Counted from the first letter of the stretch, positions 19,258 through 29,028 are shown. The stretch is 64,000 nucleotides of DNA from Clostridiales bacterium (GCA_017615325.1 JAGAAI010000074.1:20675-84674); one strand, 5' to 3'. Notes: a model not told the origin generated them from the letters alone. Translations and numbers: made by a program.

Positions 19258-20451
19258 TCAGTTTAAACCGCAGGCAGCCTTAAGAGCATCAATCCTGTCA
19301 CACGCCTCCCAGGGAAGTTCAAGATCAGACCTTCCGAAATGACCGTAACTTGCAATATCAGAATAGATGGGTCTCTTAAGGTCAAGATCACGGATAATGG
19401 ATGTAGGCCGGAGGTCAAAGACCTCATTTACTGCGCGGGATATAACTTCATCCGGAACTACACCTGTTCCAAACGTATCAGCCATGACAGAAACAGGCTT
19501 TGCAACTCCGATTGCATAAGCAAGTTGAATCTCACACTCTTTGGCAATGCCTGCTGCTACTACATTCTTGGCAATATATCTTGCAGCGTATGCTGCGGAT
19601 CTGTCCACCTTCGTAGGATCCTTGCCGGAGAATGCCCCGCCGCCATGACGGGCGAATCCGCCGTATGTATCAACGATTATCTTACGGCCGGTAAGACCTG
19701 AGTCACCCTGGGGACCTCCTACTACGAACCTGCCTGTAGGATTTACAAAGAACTTGGTATCCGGATCGATCATGCTTTCGGGAATGACATTCTTGATTAT
19801 ATTCTCGATAACAAAAGCATGAAGTTCTTCCTGGCTGATATCTTCACTGTGCTGGGTCGATACGACGACCGTGTCGATCCTTACTGCTTTATCGTCTTCA
19901 TATTCGACCGTTACCTGGCACTTGCCGTCAGGTCTTAAGAAAGGAGCATTACCCGACTTCCTTACGATAGCCAGTCTCTTGGCAAGTTTCTGGGCAAGAG
20001 AGATCGGAAGGGGCATCAGCTCCTCGGTATCATCATTGGCGTAACCGAACATGAGGCCCTGGTCACCTGCTCCGTTATCCAGGATATCGTCATTGTCATC
20101 CCTCGTCTCAAAGGATTTATCAACGCCCATGGCGATATCGGGAGACTGTTCGTCGATCGAGGTTAAGACTGCAACTGAATCACAATCGAAGCCGGCTTCC
20201 TTGTCGTATCCGATCTGCTTCAATCTGTCTCTTACGATAGAAGGGATATCAACATAAGCTGAAGTGGATATCTCACCCATAACAAGCACCATACCCGTCG
20301 TACAACAGGTCTCGCATGCAACTCTTGCACTGCTGTCCTGTGTAAGTATGGCATCAAGGATCGAATCAGATATCTGATCACATACTTTATCAGGATGCCC
20401 CTCTGTTACTGACTCGGATGTGAATAACCATTTACCTTTTCTGTTCCTCAT
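19258..20451 (-). CDS. metK: methionine adenosyltransferase
   Basis: 397 aa with [12 protein letters not shown] and [16 protein letters not shown] signatures. Confidence 0.95.
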   Translation of the reverse strand: MRNRKGKWLFTSESVTEGHPDKVCDQISDSILDAILTQDSSARVACETCCTTGMVLVMGEISTSAYVDIPSIVRDRLKQIGYDKEAGFDCDSVAVLTSIDEQSPDIAMGVDKSFETRDDNDDILDNGAGDQGLMFGYANDDTEELMPLPISLAQKLAKRLAIVRKSGNAPFLRPDGKCQVTVEYEDDKAVRIDTVVVSTQHSEDISQEELHAFVIENIIKNVIPESMIDPDTKFFVNPTGRFVVGGPQGDSGLTGRKIIVDTYGGFARHGGGAFSGKDPTKVDRSAAYAARYIAKNVVAAGIAKECEIQLAYAIGVAKPVSVMADTFGTGVVPDEVISRAVNEVFDLRPTSIIRDLDLKRPIYSDIASYGHFGRSDLELPWEACDRIDALKAACGLN

Positions 20452-20484
20452 GAGAAGTCACCTCGAAATTTAGTTTAACAATTA

Positions 20485-20513
20485 ATTCTATATCAAATTC
20501 TTCCGGAATGTAA
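20485..20513 (-). promoter_or_regulatory. candidate metK promoter
   Basis: Minus strand reads TTACAT-17-TAGAAT, about 30 nt before the metK start. Confidence 0.5.
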
Positions 20514-20530
20514 CCCTTTTGTCGAAAACT

Positions 20531-20591
20531 GAGACTTTGTGAGACTTTGTGAGATTTTGTGAGATTTTTGGCCACTTTTGCGATGTATGAT
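20531..20591 (+). promoter_or_regulatory. phased 10-bp repeat cassette (4 x GAGAYTTTKK) plus TATGAT box upstream of the Tad operon
   Basis: GAGACTTTGT GAGACTTTGT GAGATTTTGT GAGATTTTTG, then GGCCACTTTTGCGATG-TATGAT. The same geometry recurs at 58579-58658. Confidence 0.5.
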
Positions 20592-20633
20592 TTATACACA
20601 AAAACCAAACAATCAACAAGGAGGAACAAACAA

Positions 20634-21515
20634 ATGGCATTCGGCATAAAGGTCTTCATCAAGGACGAATACTTATTCACACTTTTGCGTCAGCGTTTGG
20701 GTTACTGCTTCCCTGAAGCATATATCATGAGGTTCTCATGCCCGGATGCCCTGGCAAAGTGTGACAAAGATCAGGAGAGGTTCTGCGAATTCGAGAAGAC
20801 CCTCTACGACCAGAGACAGTTTAAAGCCCAGGACACGGGTGATCCTGGAGCGGTAGCTCTGTTTGATGAGAAGGGCATCATAGACTGCAAGAGGATCATC
20901 CGGGCATTGGGGATCAATTCCAAGGTCACTCCCGTATCCATGTCGAGCAAACCCGGAAACAAAGTCACCGTGCTCTTATCCTTCGTATACCGCAAGGAAC
21001 TCGAGGATTATATACATGATCTCACTGATCCTTACGATTACGATATTCCCTTAAGGCTCGACTTCACGGGAGGATTCGGACTCAATTCCAAAGAGAGCGA
21101 AAACATGAACGAACTCGTAAGGCGGTCTGCCTCAAGGAGATTTACGGCAAGCGATATCCTGTCCTATGTCAGAAGGGATGATCAGGGCTTCATGACTCCC
21201 GGAGGATCCTTAGATCCCGATATCTGCCATGAGATAGGGTCAGCCGGGATCATAAAGATCCTTAACATGGCAAAGACTATCTCTTCTGAGGATTCATGGT
21301 CAGTATCGGTCCTTGCGGTATTGGATTCATTCTCATCAAAAGACATGATCGCAGTCGCCAAAGAAGCAGACCGCGTGATCGTATTGGCTCACGATATGTC
21401 CCAGGGATTATCTGATTTCGTGTCCGGGATCAACAGGGCTCTTCCGCCTGACATAAAAGCTGAACTGATCCTCACGGAAGAAAGGACGGCAGCATATGAC
21501 AAGAATGCAGTATAG
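20634..21515 (+). CDS. hypothetical protein in the TadZ/CpaE position of a Tad operon (no Walker A)
   Basis: ATG 20634 lies 9 nt after AAGGAGG, and the ORF-track start 20559 falls inside the repeat cassette. 293 aa. The role is inferred from position only. No GK[ST] motif is present. Confidence 0.6.
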   Translation: MAFGIKVFIKDEYLFTLLRQRLGYCFPEAYIMRFSCPDALAKCDKDQERFCEFEKTLYDQRQFKAQDTGDPGAVALFDEKGIIDCKRIIRALGINSKVTPVSMSSKPGNKVTVLLSFVYRKELEDYIHDLTDPYDYDIPLRLDFTGGFGLNSKESENMNELVRRSASRRFTASDILSYVRRDDQGFMTPGGSLDPDICHEIGSAGIIKILNMAKTISSEDSWSVSVLAVLDSFSSKDMIAVAKEADRVIVLAHDMSQGLSDFVSGINRALPPDIKAELILTEERTAAYDKNAV

Positions 21516-22701
21516 ACCCGAAGATATCAAAGAGCAGATGACATATTACGTCTTAAGCGCCATCAGGACCGGCGGTGACCCCTCTGACGATGAACTCAAG
21601 GAGATCATCGCCAATGTGATATCAGACCGTGCCAAGGATCTTAAGATGACTTTAGATGAGAGGCGGGCTCTGGCAGGGGTGGTCTTCAATTCCCTGAGAA
21701 GACTTGATGCGATCGAACCTCTGATGGAAGATCCTTCTGTCACAGAGATCATGGTCAACGGCCCTGACAACGTCTTCTTCGAAAGAGACGGCAAACTCTA
21801 CAAGTCAGCCCTAAAGTTCAAGGATGCCAAACACCTTACGACAGTGATATCGGCATTCTTCGCCAACCGCAACAGGCCGCTGAACGAAGCCAATCCTATA
21901 GCTGACCTAAGGCTTCCTGACGGGTCAAGGGCTAACGCCGTCCTCCCGCCGGTCGCACCGGACGGCCCGATAGTGACGATAAGGAAGTTCACGGGTGTGT
22001 CACACGACATAGCTTCCCTTATAAGAAACGGCTTTATAAGCGAGGAATGTGCGAGATTTCTGTCTGAATGCGTGAAAAACAGGAAGACGGTCTTCCTATG
22101 CGGAGGCACAGGATCAGGCAAAACGACCTTCCTCAATTGCTTATCCGGCTTCATTCCCACGTCCGAAAGAGTTGTCACCATCGAGGACTCGGCCGAGCTC
22201 AATCTGCGCGGCATAGATAACCTCGTCAGGATGGAGAGCCGCCTCCCAGGGCCTGACGGTTCCGGTGAGGTAAATATCAGGATGATGATCAGAGCTGCCT
22301 TGAGGATGCGACCGGACAGGATCATAGTAGGTGAAGTCAGGGGCGAAGAAAGCGCGGACATGATCCACGCCCTCAATACAGGGCACCCCGGGTCCATGTG
22401 CACAGGTCACGCCAATTCCTGCAGTGAGATGTTAGACCGCCTGACCGTAATGGTCATGGCAGGTTCCAACCTGCCCTACGAAGCCATCGTCTCCCAGATA
22501 TCGATGGGACTCGACATAATCCTGCACATAACCCGTGCCAGGAACGGAAAAAGATACATAGACGAAGTCTGTCAGGTATTAAAGTCCTCGGGGCAGACAT
22601 TTAACACAAAGGTCCTTTTCGCGGCAGAAAAAGGAGGTGGTCAGCTTGAAAGGATCGCCAGCATTGAAGAACTCCGGGCATGCCAGACTTATTCATATTG
22701 A
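21496..22701 (+). CDS. tadA: CpaF/TadA-family type IV pilus (Tad) secretion ATPase
   Basis: 401 aa with Walker A GGTGSGKTT, RIIVGEVRGEE, and TGHPGSMCTGHAN (His box). Confidence 0.9.
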   Translation: MTRMQYRPEDIKEQMTYYVLSAIRTGGDPSDDELKEIIANVISDRAKDLKMTLDERRALAGVVFNSLRRLDAIEPLMEDPSVTEIMVNGPDNVFFERDGKLYKSALKFKDAKHLTTVISAFFANRNRPLNEANPIADLRLPDGSRANAVLPPVAPDGPIVTIRKFTGVSHDIASLIRNGFISEECARFLSECVKNRKTVFLCGGTGSGKTTFLNCLSGFIPTSERVVTIEDSAELNLRGIDNLVRMESRLPGPDGSGEVNIRMMIRAALRMRPDRIIVGEVRGEESADMIHALNTGHPGSMCTGHANSCSEMLDRLTVMVMAGSNLPYEAIVSQISMGLDIILHITRARNGKRYIDEVCQVLKSSGQTFNTKVLFAAEKGGGQLERIASIEELRACQTYSY

Positions 22702-24193
22702 ACCGGATGAAAGGCAGAAAACTCTTGTAAAGTATATATGGATCTACCCTGCATTCGTTGCAGCAGTTTTCTTTCTGTCATCCCTCTTCATGGATTCGTT
22801 TAAGATAAGGCTTGTATCCGCACTCTTTCTCGGCTTTTTTCCCTGGAAAGAGACAGTCTACAGGATCTATAACTCCGCCTATGAGCAGATGAGGACTCAG
22901 CTTCTTGTCCTCCTGCAGGTGCTTTGTACGGGAGTAAGTTCAGGTTACTCGATAGAAAAATCCCTGACCCTGGTCCGCCCTGTCATAGAGCATACTTTCG
23001 GCAAAAGGAGCCCTCTTATCAAGCCTCTTATAAAGATGGAGAACAAGCTCAAGATGCATATCGACTCGGAAAGGGTCTTAAGCGAGTTTGCGTCTGACCT
23101 TAATTTCCCCGAGACCATCCCTGTTTTCCATGCATTGTCCATATCAGGCAGGATCGGCAGCAGCACCTTGGCGATCTTAAGATCCTCATGTCAGATGCTG
23201 TCGGAGATGAATGCCGTCCATAACGACATAAACGCCGAGAACGCCGGCAAGAACGCAGAAGCCGTAATGCTCTGCATCATGCCCTTCGCCATAACATTTG
23301 CCCTCAATCAGATGAGCAGCAATTATTTGGCCGAAGCGAAAGCCTCCGGCGCCGGGAAGATCCTCATGGCAGTGGCATTTGTGCTCTGCATAATCGCGGC
23401 AGCCCTTCTCTTCAGGTTCATGACCCACCCGGAGAATTCTCCGGCCAAAAATCCGGATACCGACTCATCCCCCGGGAAGAAGACACCCTTAGCAGATATG
23501 CTGACTTCCATCCTTCCCACATCATTTATCGCGCGCCGCCACACCATGTTCAACGAACTGTCTTATAACCCGAGGATAAGTTATGAGAAATATATCCGGA
23601 AACAGATCATCACGACCTTAGCTGCAGGAGCACTGGTGTTCACGATAACGGGAGCTATAGGCAAGCCTCAGATCCTGTCGGTCCCCGCAATGATACTTAT
23701 CTATGTCCTTAACATCAACGATATAAGGACCAGGGTCAACCTGAAGCATGAAGACTTAATGAGAGACATCCCCCTCTTCTTATGTCTCATGTCAACACTG
23801 TTAGAAGCCGGATTGCAGCTGCCGAAAGCTATCGAAATCTGTTCTAAGGCATTCGATGAACACGGAACCATCTCTTACGAGATCAATGCGATGAGGGCGG
23901 GGATCCTAAGCGGACTTTCCGCTTCGGAAGCTGTCGAAAACTTTTCCATAAGGACTCAGATACCGGAAGCCAAGGCCGCCCTCCTCCTTGTAGCGAGATA
24001 CGGCAGGCTCGGCACCGCTGAAGTACTTAATCTCTTATCCTTACAGGCATCAGCCTGTTGGAATCTATGCCGCAACGCAGCCCGCAAAAAACAGGAGCGC
24101 GAGTCCCTGGGCATGCTCCTGCCCATGACTCTGGACTTCATCTGCGTGCTGATAGTTGCAGTAACACCGGCGATCATTTCCATGGCCATATGA
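22637..24193 (+). CDS. fused TadB-TadC-like type II secretion system F-family membrane protein
   Basis: Two T2SSF-like modules (VLCTGVSSGYSIEKSL... and LCLMSTLLEAGLQLPKAIE...) with transmembrane segments. The start is either GTG 22637 or, more likely, TTG 22646 (8 nt after AGGAGG). Either way it overlaps tadA by 56-65 nt. Confidence 0.75.
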   Translation: MVSLKGSPALKNSGHARLIHIEPDERQKTLVKYIWIYPAFVAAVFFLSSLFMDSFKIRLVSALFLGFFPWKETVYRIYNSAYEQMRTQLLVLLQVLCTGVSSGYSIEKSLTLVRPVIEHTFGKRSPLIKPLIKMENKLKMHIDSERVLSEFASDLNFPETIPVFHALSISGRIGSSTLAILRSSCQMLSEMNAVHNDINAENAGKNAEAVMLCIMPFAITFALNQMSSNYLAEAKASGAGKILMAVAFVLCIIAAALLFRFMTHPENSPAKNPDTDSSPGKKTPLADMLTSILPTSFIARRHTMFNELSYNPRISYEKYIRKQIITTLAAGALVFTITGAIGKPQILSVPAMILIYVLNINDIRTRVNLKHEDLMRDIPLFLCLMSTLLEAGLQLPKAIEICSKAFDEHGTISYEINAMRAGILSGLSASEAVENFSIRTQIPEAKAALLLVARYGRLGTAEVLNLLSLQASACWNLCRNAARKKQERESLGMLLPMTLDFICVLIVAVTPAIISMAI

Positions 24194-24218
24194 TCTTATG
24201 AGAAAGGAGGTAAAAGCT

Positions 24219-24392
24219 ATGACCCGGATCAAAAAGCACAATAAAAGAGGCATGGGCACGGTTGAAGTCGTGATCATCATCGCTGTCCTTGTTGCACTGG
24301 CTCTGATCTTCAGAGAAAGTCTTACCAGCTATGCAGGGAAAGTCATCAAGTTCTGCTTCAACGAAGACAAAGTCGTCTCAGCTTTAAGCTGA
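24219..24392 (+). CDS. flp: Flp-family type IVb prepilin
   Basis: ATG 24219 lies 8 nt after AAAGGAGG. The 57-aa product is MTRIKKHNKRG/MGTVEVVIIIAVLVALALIF: a basic leader, Gly, Glu at +5, then a hydrophobic helix. Confidence 0.75.
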   Translation: MTRIKKHNKRGMGTVEVVIIIAVLVALALIFRESLTSYAGKVIKFCFNEDKVVSALS

Positions 24393-24417
24393 CAGCATCG
24401 ATAAGTGAGGTATGTAT

Positions 24418-25713
24418 ATGATAAACAGAAAAGGTCCTTTCGGATGTTATGCGACAGAACAGATCAGATCTGATCTATCTGTCAGCGAATATGCCATGGC
24501 AGTGATCAACGGCAACAGCTCCGGTTGTTTTCTCCCGTGCATCATAAACCGATACGGCGAGGTCAAAGAATTCTCTTTCGATTACTCAGGGATGATCCCC
24601 CTGACAGAATTTGACGGTGCCGGATCAGCCAAACACAAGTTCCCGAATCTTCTTTCGCGCGGGGACAAACTGAAGTTGCGCCGCAAAGCCGTCGGGACTT
24701 TTCTCATGCAGATACTTATCCTCATGAATAATCTCCTTCCTCCGGAAGGAATAGTACTGACACTTAAGAACATCTATACTGACAAAGACGGTACCGTCTT
24801 AAAATTTTGTTACAGACCGGAAGAATTCAAAAGTTCCTCATTAAGACTGAGCTCACTTAATGAGGACGACATGGAAGAACTTATAAACACTGATTTCATA
24901 TCAGAAATATTGACCGAAGACGAGAAACAGTCCATACTGCACGCCATCAGCACAGGTGACGAAGACATGTTCTGCAACTGCTGCCGGATCATCATGTCAG
25001 CCAAGGGATCAGTATCAGGATCAAAAGATACAGGTAAGATGCGGTCTTTAAACAACGCACTCTGTGTAAGATCTGATCTTATCATCCCCTCCCTTACCGT
25101 CATCTGTTCCGTTTATTCTTTGCAAAACATCGGCCGTAAGGCTGCTTTCCTTTTCGCATGGGCAGGCCTGATCCTCATAGCGCGTGTGATATGGAAAGAC
25201 AGAAATACAAAAGAAAACACTTGCACAGCGAAAAAGGAGGACACCGACTATCAGGGACAATTAAGAAGAAAGATCTTATTCTCTAGACCACGGTCCGGGC
25301 CTGTCGCAAACGGCAGCGTATATACGGGAGACAATGAAGATAATTGCTTTGACCTGAATTATGCTTCCCTTAAGTCATTGACCAAAGAGATATCGGCGGA
25401 CGGTATCCCCAGGGAAGAACGATACTCTATATATACGGACAAAGTTACGGTAGGCTCGGACCAGTTCCTCTCTGATATCGTGATAGACGACGATTCCGTG
25501 GAATCTCAGCACGCAACGATAACATTCGAAAACAAGCAGTATTACCTTACGGACCTCAGCATATCCCACAAGACATATATAGACGACAAATCCTTGCTGC
25601 CGGGCAAGCGGTATGAGATCAAGAACAATCAGAAGCTGACCTTCGGAGATAAAGACTACAGATTCCTGATATCGCTTTCGGAAAGCGCTAAGGATAAGGG
25701 AGAGTGGTATTGA
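24418..25713 (+). CDS. FHA domain-containing membrane protein (pilus-operon associated)
   Basis: C-terminal FHA (VTVGSDQFLSDIVIDDDSVESQHATITFENKQYYLTDLSISHKTYIDDK) and a central transmembrane pair. Start is at the second ATG (24418), 7 nt after GTGAGG. Confidence 0.8.
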   Translation: MINRKGPFGCYATEQIRSDLSVSEYAMAVINGNSSGCFLPCIINRYGEVKEFSFDYSGMIPLTEFDGAGSAKHKFPNLLSRGDKLKLRRKAVGTFLMQILILMNNLLPPEGIVLTLKNIYTDKDGTVLKFCYRPEEFKSSSLRLSSLNEDDMEELINTDFISEILTEDEKQSILHAISTGDEDMFCNCCRIIMSAKGSVSGSKDTGKMRSLNNALCVRSDLIIPSLTVICSVYSLQNIGRKAAFLFAWAGLILIARVIWKDRNTKENTCTAKKEDTDYQGQLRRKILFSRPRSGPVANGSVYTGDNEDNCFDLNYASLKSLTKEISADGIPREERYSIYTDKVTVGSDQFLSDIVIDDDSVESQHATITFENKQYYLTDLSISHKTYIDDKSLLPGKRYEIKNNQKLTFGDKDYRFLISLSESAKDKGEWY

Positions 25714-25720
25714 ATCAGCA

Positions 25721-25748
25721 AGAAAAAACCGGCCCCGCAAGGAGCCGG
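25721..25748 (-). terminator. rho-independent terminator after rfbA
   Basis: Minus strand reads CCGGCTCC-TTGC-GGGGCCGG followed by TTTTTTC. Confidence 0.75.
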
Positions 25749-25767
25749 TCCGAAGGTCAATTACAAC

Positions 25768-26637
25768 TTAGATATCATCCACCAAAGTACTTAAGTACTG
25801 GCCGTAGTTGGTCTTGGACATCTCGTCTGCAATGGCAGACAGGTCTTCCAGACCAATCCACTGGTTACGCAGAGCTACTTCTTCCAGGCATCCGATCATC
25901 TTACCGGACCTTTGAGCGGACTTGATCTGGCCTGCTGCCTCGTAAAGACTGTCAGCCGTACCTGCGTCAAACCATGAGAACTCGTCTTCAAGCGGGATGA
26001 CACGGAGGGCGCCCTGTGCAAGATATGCATTGTTTACTGAAGTGATCTCAAGCTCGCCTCTTGCAGAAGGCTTAACGTTCTTCGCGATGGATACGACCTG
26101 CTTATCGTAGAAATAGAGACCCGGAACAATGTAATTGGACTTGGGCTTTGCAGGCTTCTCTTCGATGGATACGGCCTTACCGTCAGCTGCAAACTCAACG
26201 ACGCCGAAGGGCCTGGGGTCTGCCACATAGTAACCGAAGATGGCAGCTCCGTCCTTGCAGAGCTCGACAGCCTGCTTGAGCTTCCTTCTGAAACCCGGAC
26301 CATAGAAGATATTATCTCCTAATGCAAGACAGCAATTGTCTTCTCCGATGAACTCCTCGGCCAGGATAAATGCATCTGCAATGCCTCTTTGAACAGGCTG
26401 CTCCTTATAGCAGATATTGATACCAAGCCTGTGTCCGTCATTAAGAAGATTCTCGAAAGGCTTGGTGTCTCCCGGAGGAGTGATTATCATGATGTCCTTG
26501 ATGCCGGCATTCATGAGGACCGACAAAGGATAATAGATCAAAGGTTTGTCGTAGACCGGAAGCAATGGTTTACAGATCGGGAGTGTAATAGGATAAAGTC
26601 TTGTTCCCTTCCCCGCCGCAAGAATAATACCTTTCAT
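25768..26637 (-). CDS. rfbA: glucose-1-phosphate thymidylyltransferase
   Basis: 289 aa. The start MKGIILAAGKGTRLYPIT carries the G-x-G-T-R-x-x-P signature. The sequence is RmlA-like throughout. Confidence 0.9.
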   Translation of the reverse strand: MKGIILAAGKGTRLYPITLPICKPLLPVYDKPLIYYPLSVLMNAGIKDIMIITPPGDTKPFENLLNDGHRLGINICYKEQPVQRGIADAFILAEEFIGEDNCCLALGDNIFYGPGFRRKLKQAVELCKDGAAIFGYYVADPRPFGVVEFAADGKAVSIEEKPAKPKSNYIVPGLYFYDKQVVSIAKNVKPSARGELEITSVNNAYLAQGALRVIPLEDEFSWFDAGTADSLYEAAGQIKSAQRSGKMIGCLEEVALRNQWIGLEDLSAIADEMSKTNYGQYLSTLVDDI

Positions 26638-26770
26638 AAAACACCTCGTAAATCATCTTGTGATCGATGTCTATATTTTATCAGAAGATAAAGTTATCCT
26701 CCACTCCCTATCCAAAGGACAAAGAGTGGAGGACCTGACTCTAGTGCGCTTACCCTATCCGTTATTCTAC

Positions 26771-27877
26771 TTATTCTTCTTTTGTCTCAGCGTTTTCTTT
26801 AGAAGCCTCTTCTTTTACTTCAGGTGTTTCAGCCTGTGCAGATGCAGCAGCTGCTGCCGCTCTCTTTGCAGCTCTCTTCTTGCGGCCTCTCTTGATGCAG
26901 ATAAGGACGATGATGCCTGCGATGATGAGGACTACTGTCAAGGGGAGGAGCATGATGAAGAGGATGACTGCGCCTTCACCGAATTCGACAACGTTCTCGA
27001 GCATCTCGCTGAATGCATCCTTGATATCGTCTAAGAATGTTCTCTTCTTGATCTCGGGCTGATCTTCTTCCTCGATGACTTCCCTGATCGTTAAGTTCAG
27101 TGTTGCATATGTAACCTGATTGTCGATAGTCTTGAGCTGTGTCTCATAGGACTCGATCTGGTAGCGGATCTCAGACAGGCGGTTCTGAAGAACGATGATG
27201 CTGTCGAGGGAATCTGCTTTTGCGAGGAGATCCATCAGGGTCTGCTGTTCGACCTTAAGGGATTTTACCTTGGATTCCATATCAACATACTGCAAGGTCC
27301 GATCTACGGAATTCTCGGATGTTGATGTAACCGTAACTGCACCGTTAACGGATTCGATCAGGGCGTCGAGCTTATCCTGAGGTACTCTTACGACATAAGT
27401 TCCGGTCCTGAACTGGTTGTTCTTACCTGTACCATTCACATTGGAGTTCTCAAAATAACCTCCGAGTTCATTGACCTTTGCCTTGAAGTTAGCGACGACC
27501 TCATCGAACTTCTCCGTCTGTGCTGTGATGGTACAGGTGCGGATAAGCTTACGCTCGGTAAGAGTGTCGGCTCCTGCGACAGCACCTGAGTCGCTGTTCA
27601 CATCAGCTCCCGCATCGCGGGCTTCTGCAGGTTCATAATCAGCTGTAGCGGCATTCGTCTCATATGAATCATAATCATCTCCTGAAAGGCTCTTAACACC
27701 CCAGTCTCCATTCAGTGCAACATCACCTGTGTCAGCGATTTTGTTCGAAGCCATATTGTAACTTAAAGCCGGAGCCTTGGAAGCGGACTTTGAGCATGCA
27801 GCAAGAGATGACATGATCATCAAAACAGCCAGCAGGACTACAAGTCTTTTGCTAATATGTTTCCTTAAGTTCTTCAT
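26771..27877 (-). CDS. lipoprotein with coiled-coil region and C-terminal TM anchor (DUF4349-like)
   Basis: Lipobox LAAC, a central heptad-rich region, a C-terminal transmembrane helix and a Lys/Ala/Glu-rich tail. The family name is from memory and was not searched. Confidence 0.65.
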   Translation of the reverse strand: MKNLRKHISKRLVVLLAVLMIMSSLAACSKSASKAPALSYNMASNKIADTGDVALNGDWGVKSLSGDDYDSYETNAATADYEPAEARDAGADVNSDSGAVAGADTLTERKLIRTCTITAQTEKFDEVVANFKAKVNELGGYFENSNVNGTGKNNQFRTGTYVVRVPQDKLDALIESVNGAVTVTSTSENSVDRTLQYVDMESKVKSLKVEQQTLMDLLAKADSLDSIIVLQNRLSEIRYQIESYETQLKTIDNQVTYATLNLTIREVIEEEDQPEIKKRTFLDDIKDAFSEMLENVVEFGEGAVILFIMLLPLTVVLIIAGIIVLICIKRGRKKRAAKRAAAAAASAQAETPEVKEEASKENAETKEE

Positions 27878-27966
27878 TTTCTGTCCCTCCTTCTGGGATT
27901 CTTTTTGCGTTTATACCTGTTATACAACGTCAAGAACGAAAATGTTGCAAATGGAAGATCAAAAGA

Positions 27967-29028
27967 TCAGTGATCGTATGTAGCCTTAAGGAGAAGATAC
28001 TCTGCTATCTCTATCATAATAACAGACATAAGATAGAATATAGTCATGGGAACCGCAAAAGGAATAAGGTGGACTCCCAGCATGCAGATAAGATAATAAC
28101 TTATGTATTTTGCGATAGACAGAGCCAGTCTTCTGACACCCGGCGTATAGAAGAAATCCCGGAAAACGATATATCTTTCGATGACAAAACATAAGAGAAG
28201 ATAGATGAGCCAGTTTAAGACAGTGATGATATAGAAGAAGCCGACGTGCAGGATATCCGACAGGACGAGCACCGTAAGTATATTGATAAGCAAAGATATG
28301 GCTGCACAGGCGACTGTCTGGATATACCTTACATATATAAGGATCGTATCACGCAAAGGCCTGAAGTGAGAGTCGGCGTTATTGTCGATATAGATGGCTT
28401 CTATCGGAACCGTAGATATCTCAAGGCCCTGCTTCTCTGCCATAAGGACCACGTTGAGTTCGTAGTCGTACTTGTCTCCCCTGACCTTCAGCATCCAGTT
28501 GATATTTGATGTTGCAAAGCCGCGAAGACCTGACTGGTTATCAGGCAGGTATCTCGCATTTGCGATCGCGAAAAAGAATCTCGACATGGTATTGCCGAAT
28601 CTTGACCTGAATGGAGCATCTTTCTTGATGCCGCGGACGGTAAGGACTATGTTGTTGCCGGCCTTGAGCTTATCTGCGACACGGCATATGTCCTCGGGTT
28701 TATGCTGGCCGTCGCAGTCGGCGGTCACGAGATAGGTGTAGTTTTTCGTGGCAACGTATTCGAATCCGTACTTTAAGGCATGACCTTTACCGCAGTTGGT
28801 CTCATAACCTATTACCATGGCTCCGGCCTCGGCGCACTGGCGGAATATATCTTCATATTCCGGCCCGCTTCCGTCGTTTACGATCACAGCATCAAGACCT
28901 GATTTTCTAAGATCTGCGATAAGTTTTAAGAGCCTTGGGCCAGGTTTATAGGATGGAATAAGAACCACGACATCAGAATAATCCTGTCTTACGTTATCAG
29001 TTATCTTAATGTCAGCGGTTCCAGCCAT
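27967..29028 (-). CDS. family-2 glycosyltransferase fused to a GtrA-like membrane domain
   Basis: N-terminal GT-A features (VVLIPSYKPG, NDGS, DCDGQH). The C-terminal ~120 aa has four transmembrane helices. Confidence 0.75.
   Translation of the reverse strand: MAGTADIKITDNVRQDYSDVVVLIPSYKPGPRLLKLIADLRKSGLDAVIVNDGSGPEYEDIFRQCAEAGAMVIGYETNCGKGHALKYGFEYVATKNYTYLVTADCDGQHKPEDICRVADKLKAGNNIVLTVRGIKKDAPFRSRFGNTMSRFFFAIANARYLPDNQSGLRGFATSNINWMLKVRGDKYDYELNVVLMAEKQGLEISTVPIEAIYIDNNADSHFRPLRDTILIYVRYIQTVACAAISLLINILTVLVLSDILHVGFFYIITVLNWLIYLLLCFVIERYIVFRDFFYTPGVRRLALSIAKYISYYLICMLGVHLIPFAVPMTIFYLMSVIMIEIAEYLLLKATYDH

Noticed and set aside
20452-20530. SAM-I riboswitch upstream of metK
   Set aside because: Only ~30-35 nt lie between the candidate -10 and the start codon, and none of the SAM-I conserved strings is present. 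metK here appears to lack a riboswitch.
20568-20582. Sigma-54 promoter (TGGCCAC-TTTTGC) in the shared cassette
   Set aside because: The GG-to-GC distance is 10 nt instead of 12. The second copy of the cassette (58634-58648) has no GC element at the equivalent place.
22637-22701. Programmed frameshift or gene fusion between tadA and tadBC
   Set aside because: An AGGAGG with a correctly spaced TTG/GTG start lies inside the tadA 3' end. No slippery sequence is present. A simple out-of-frame overlap is sufficient.
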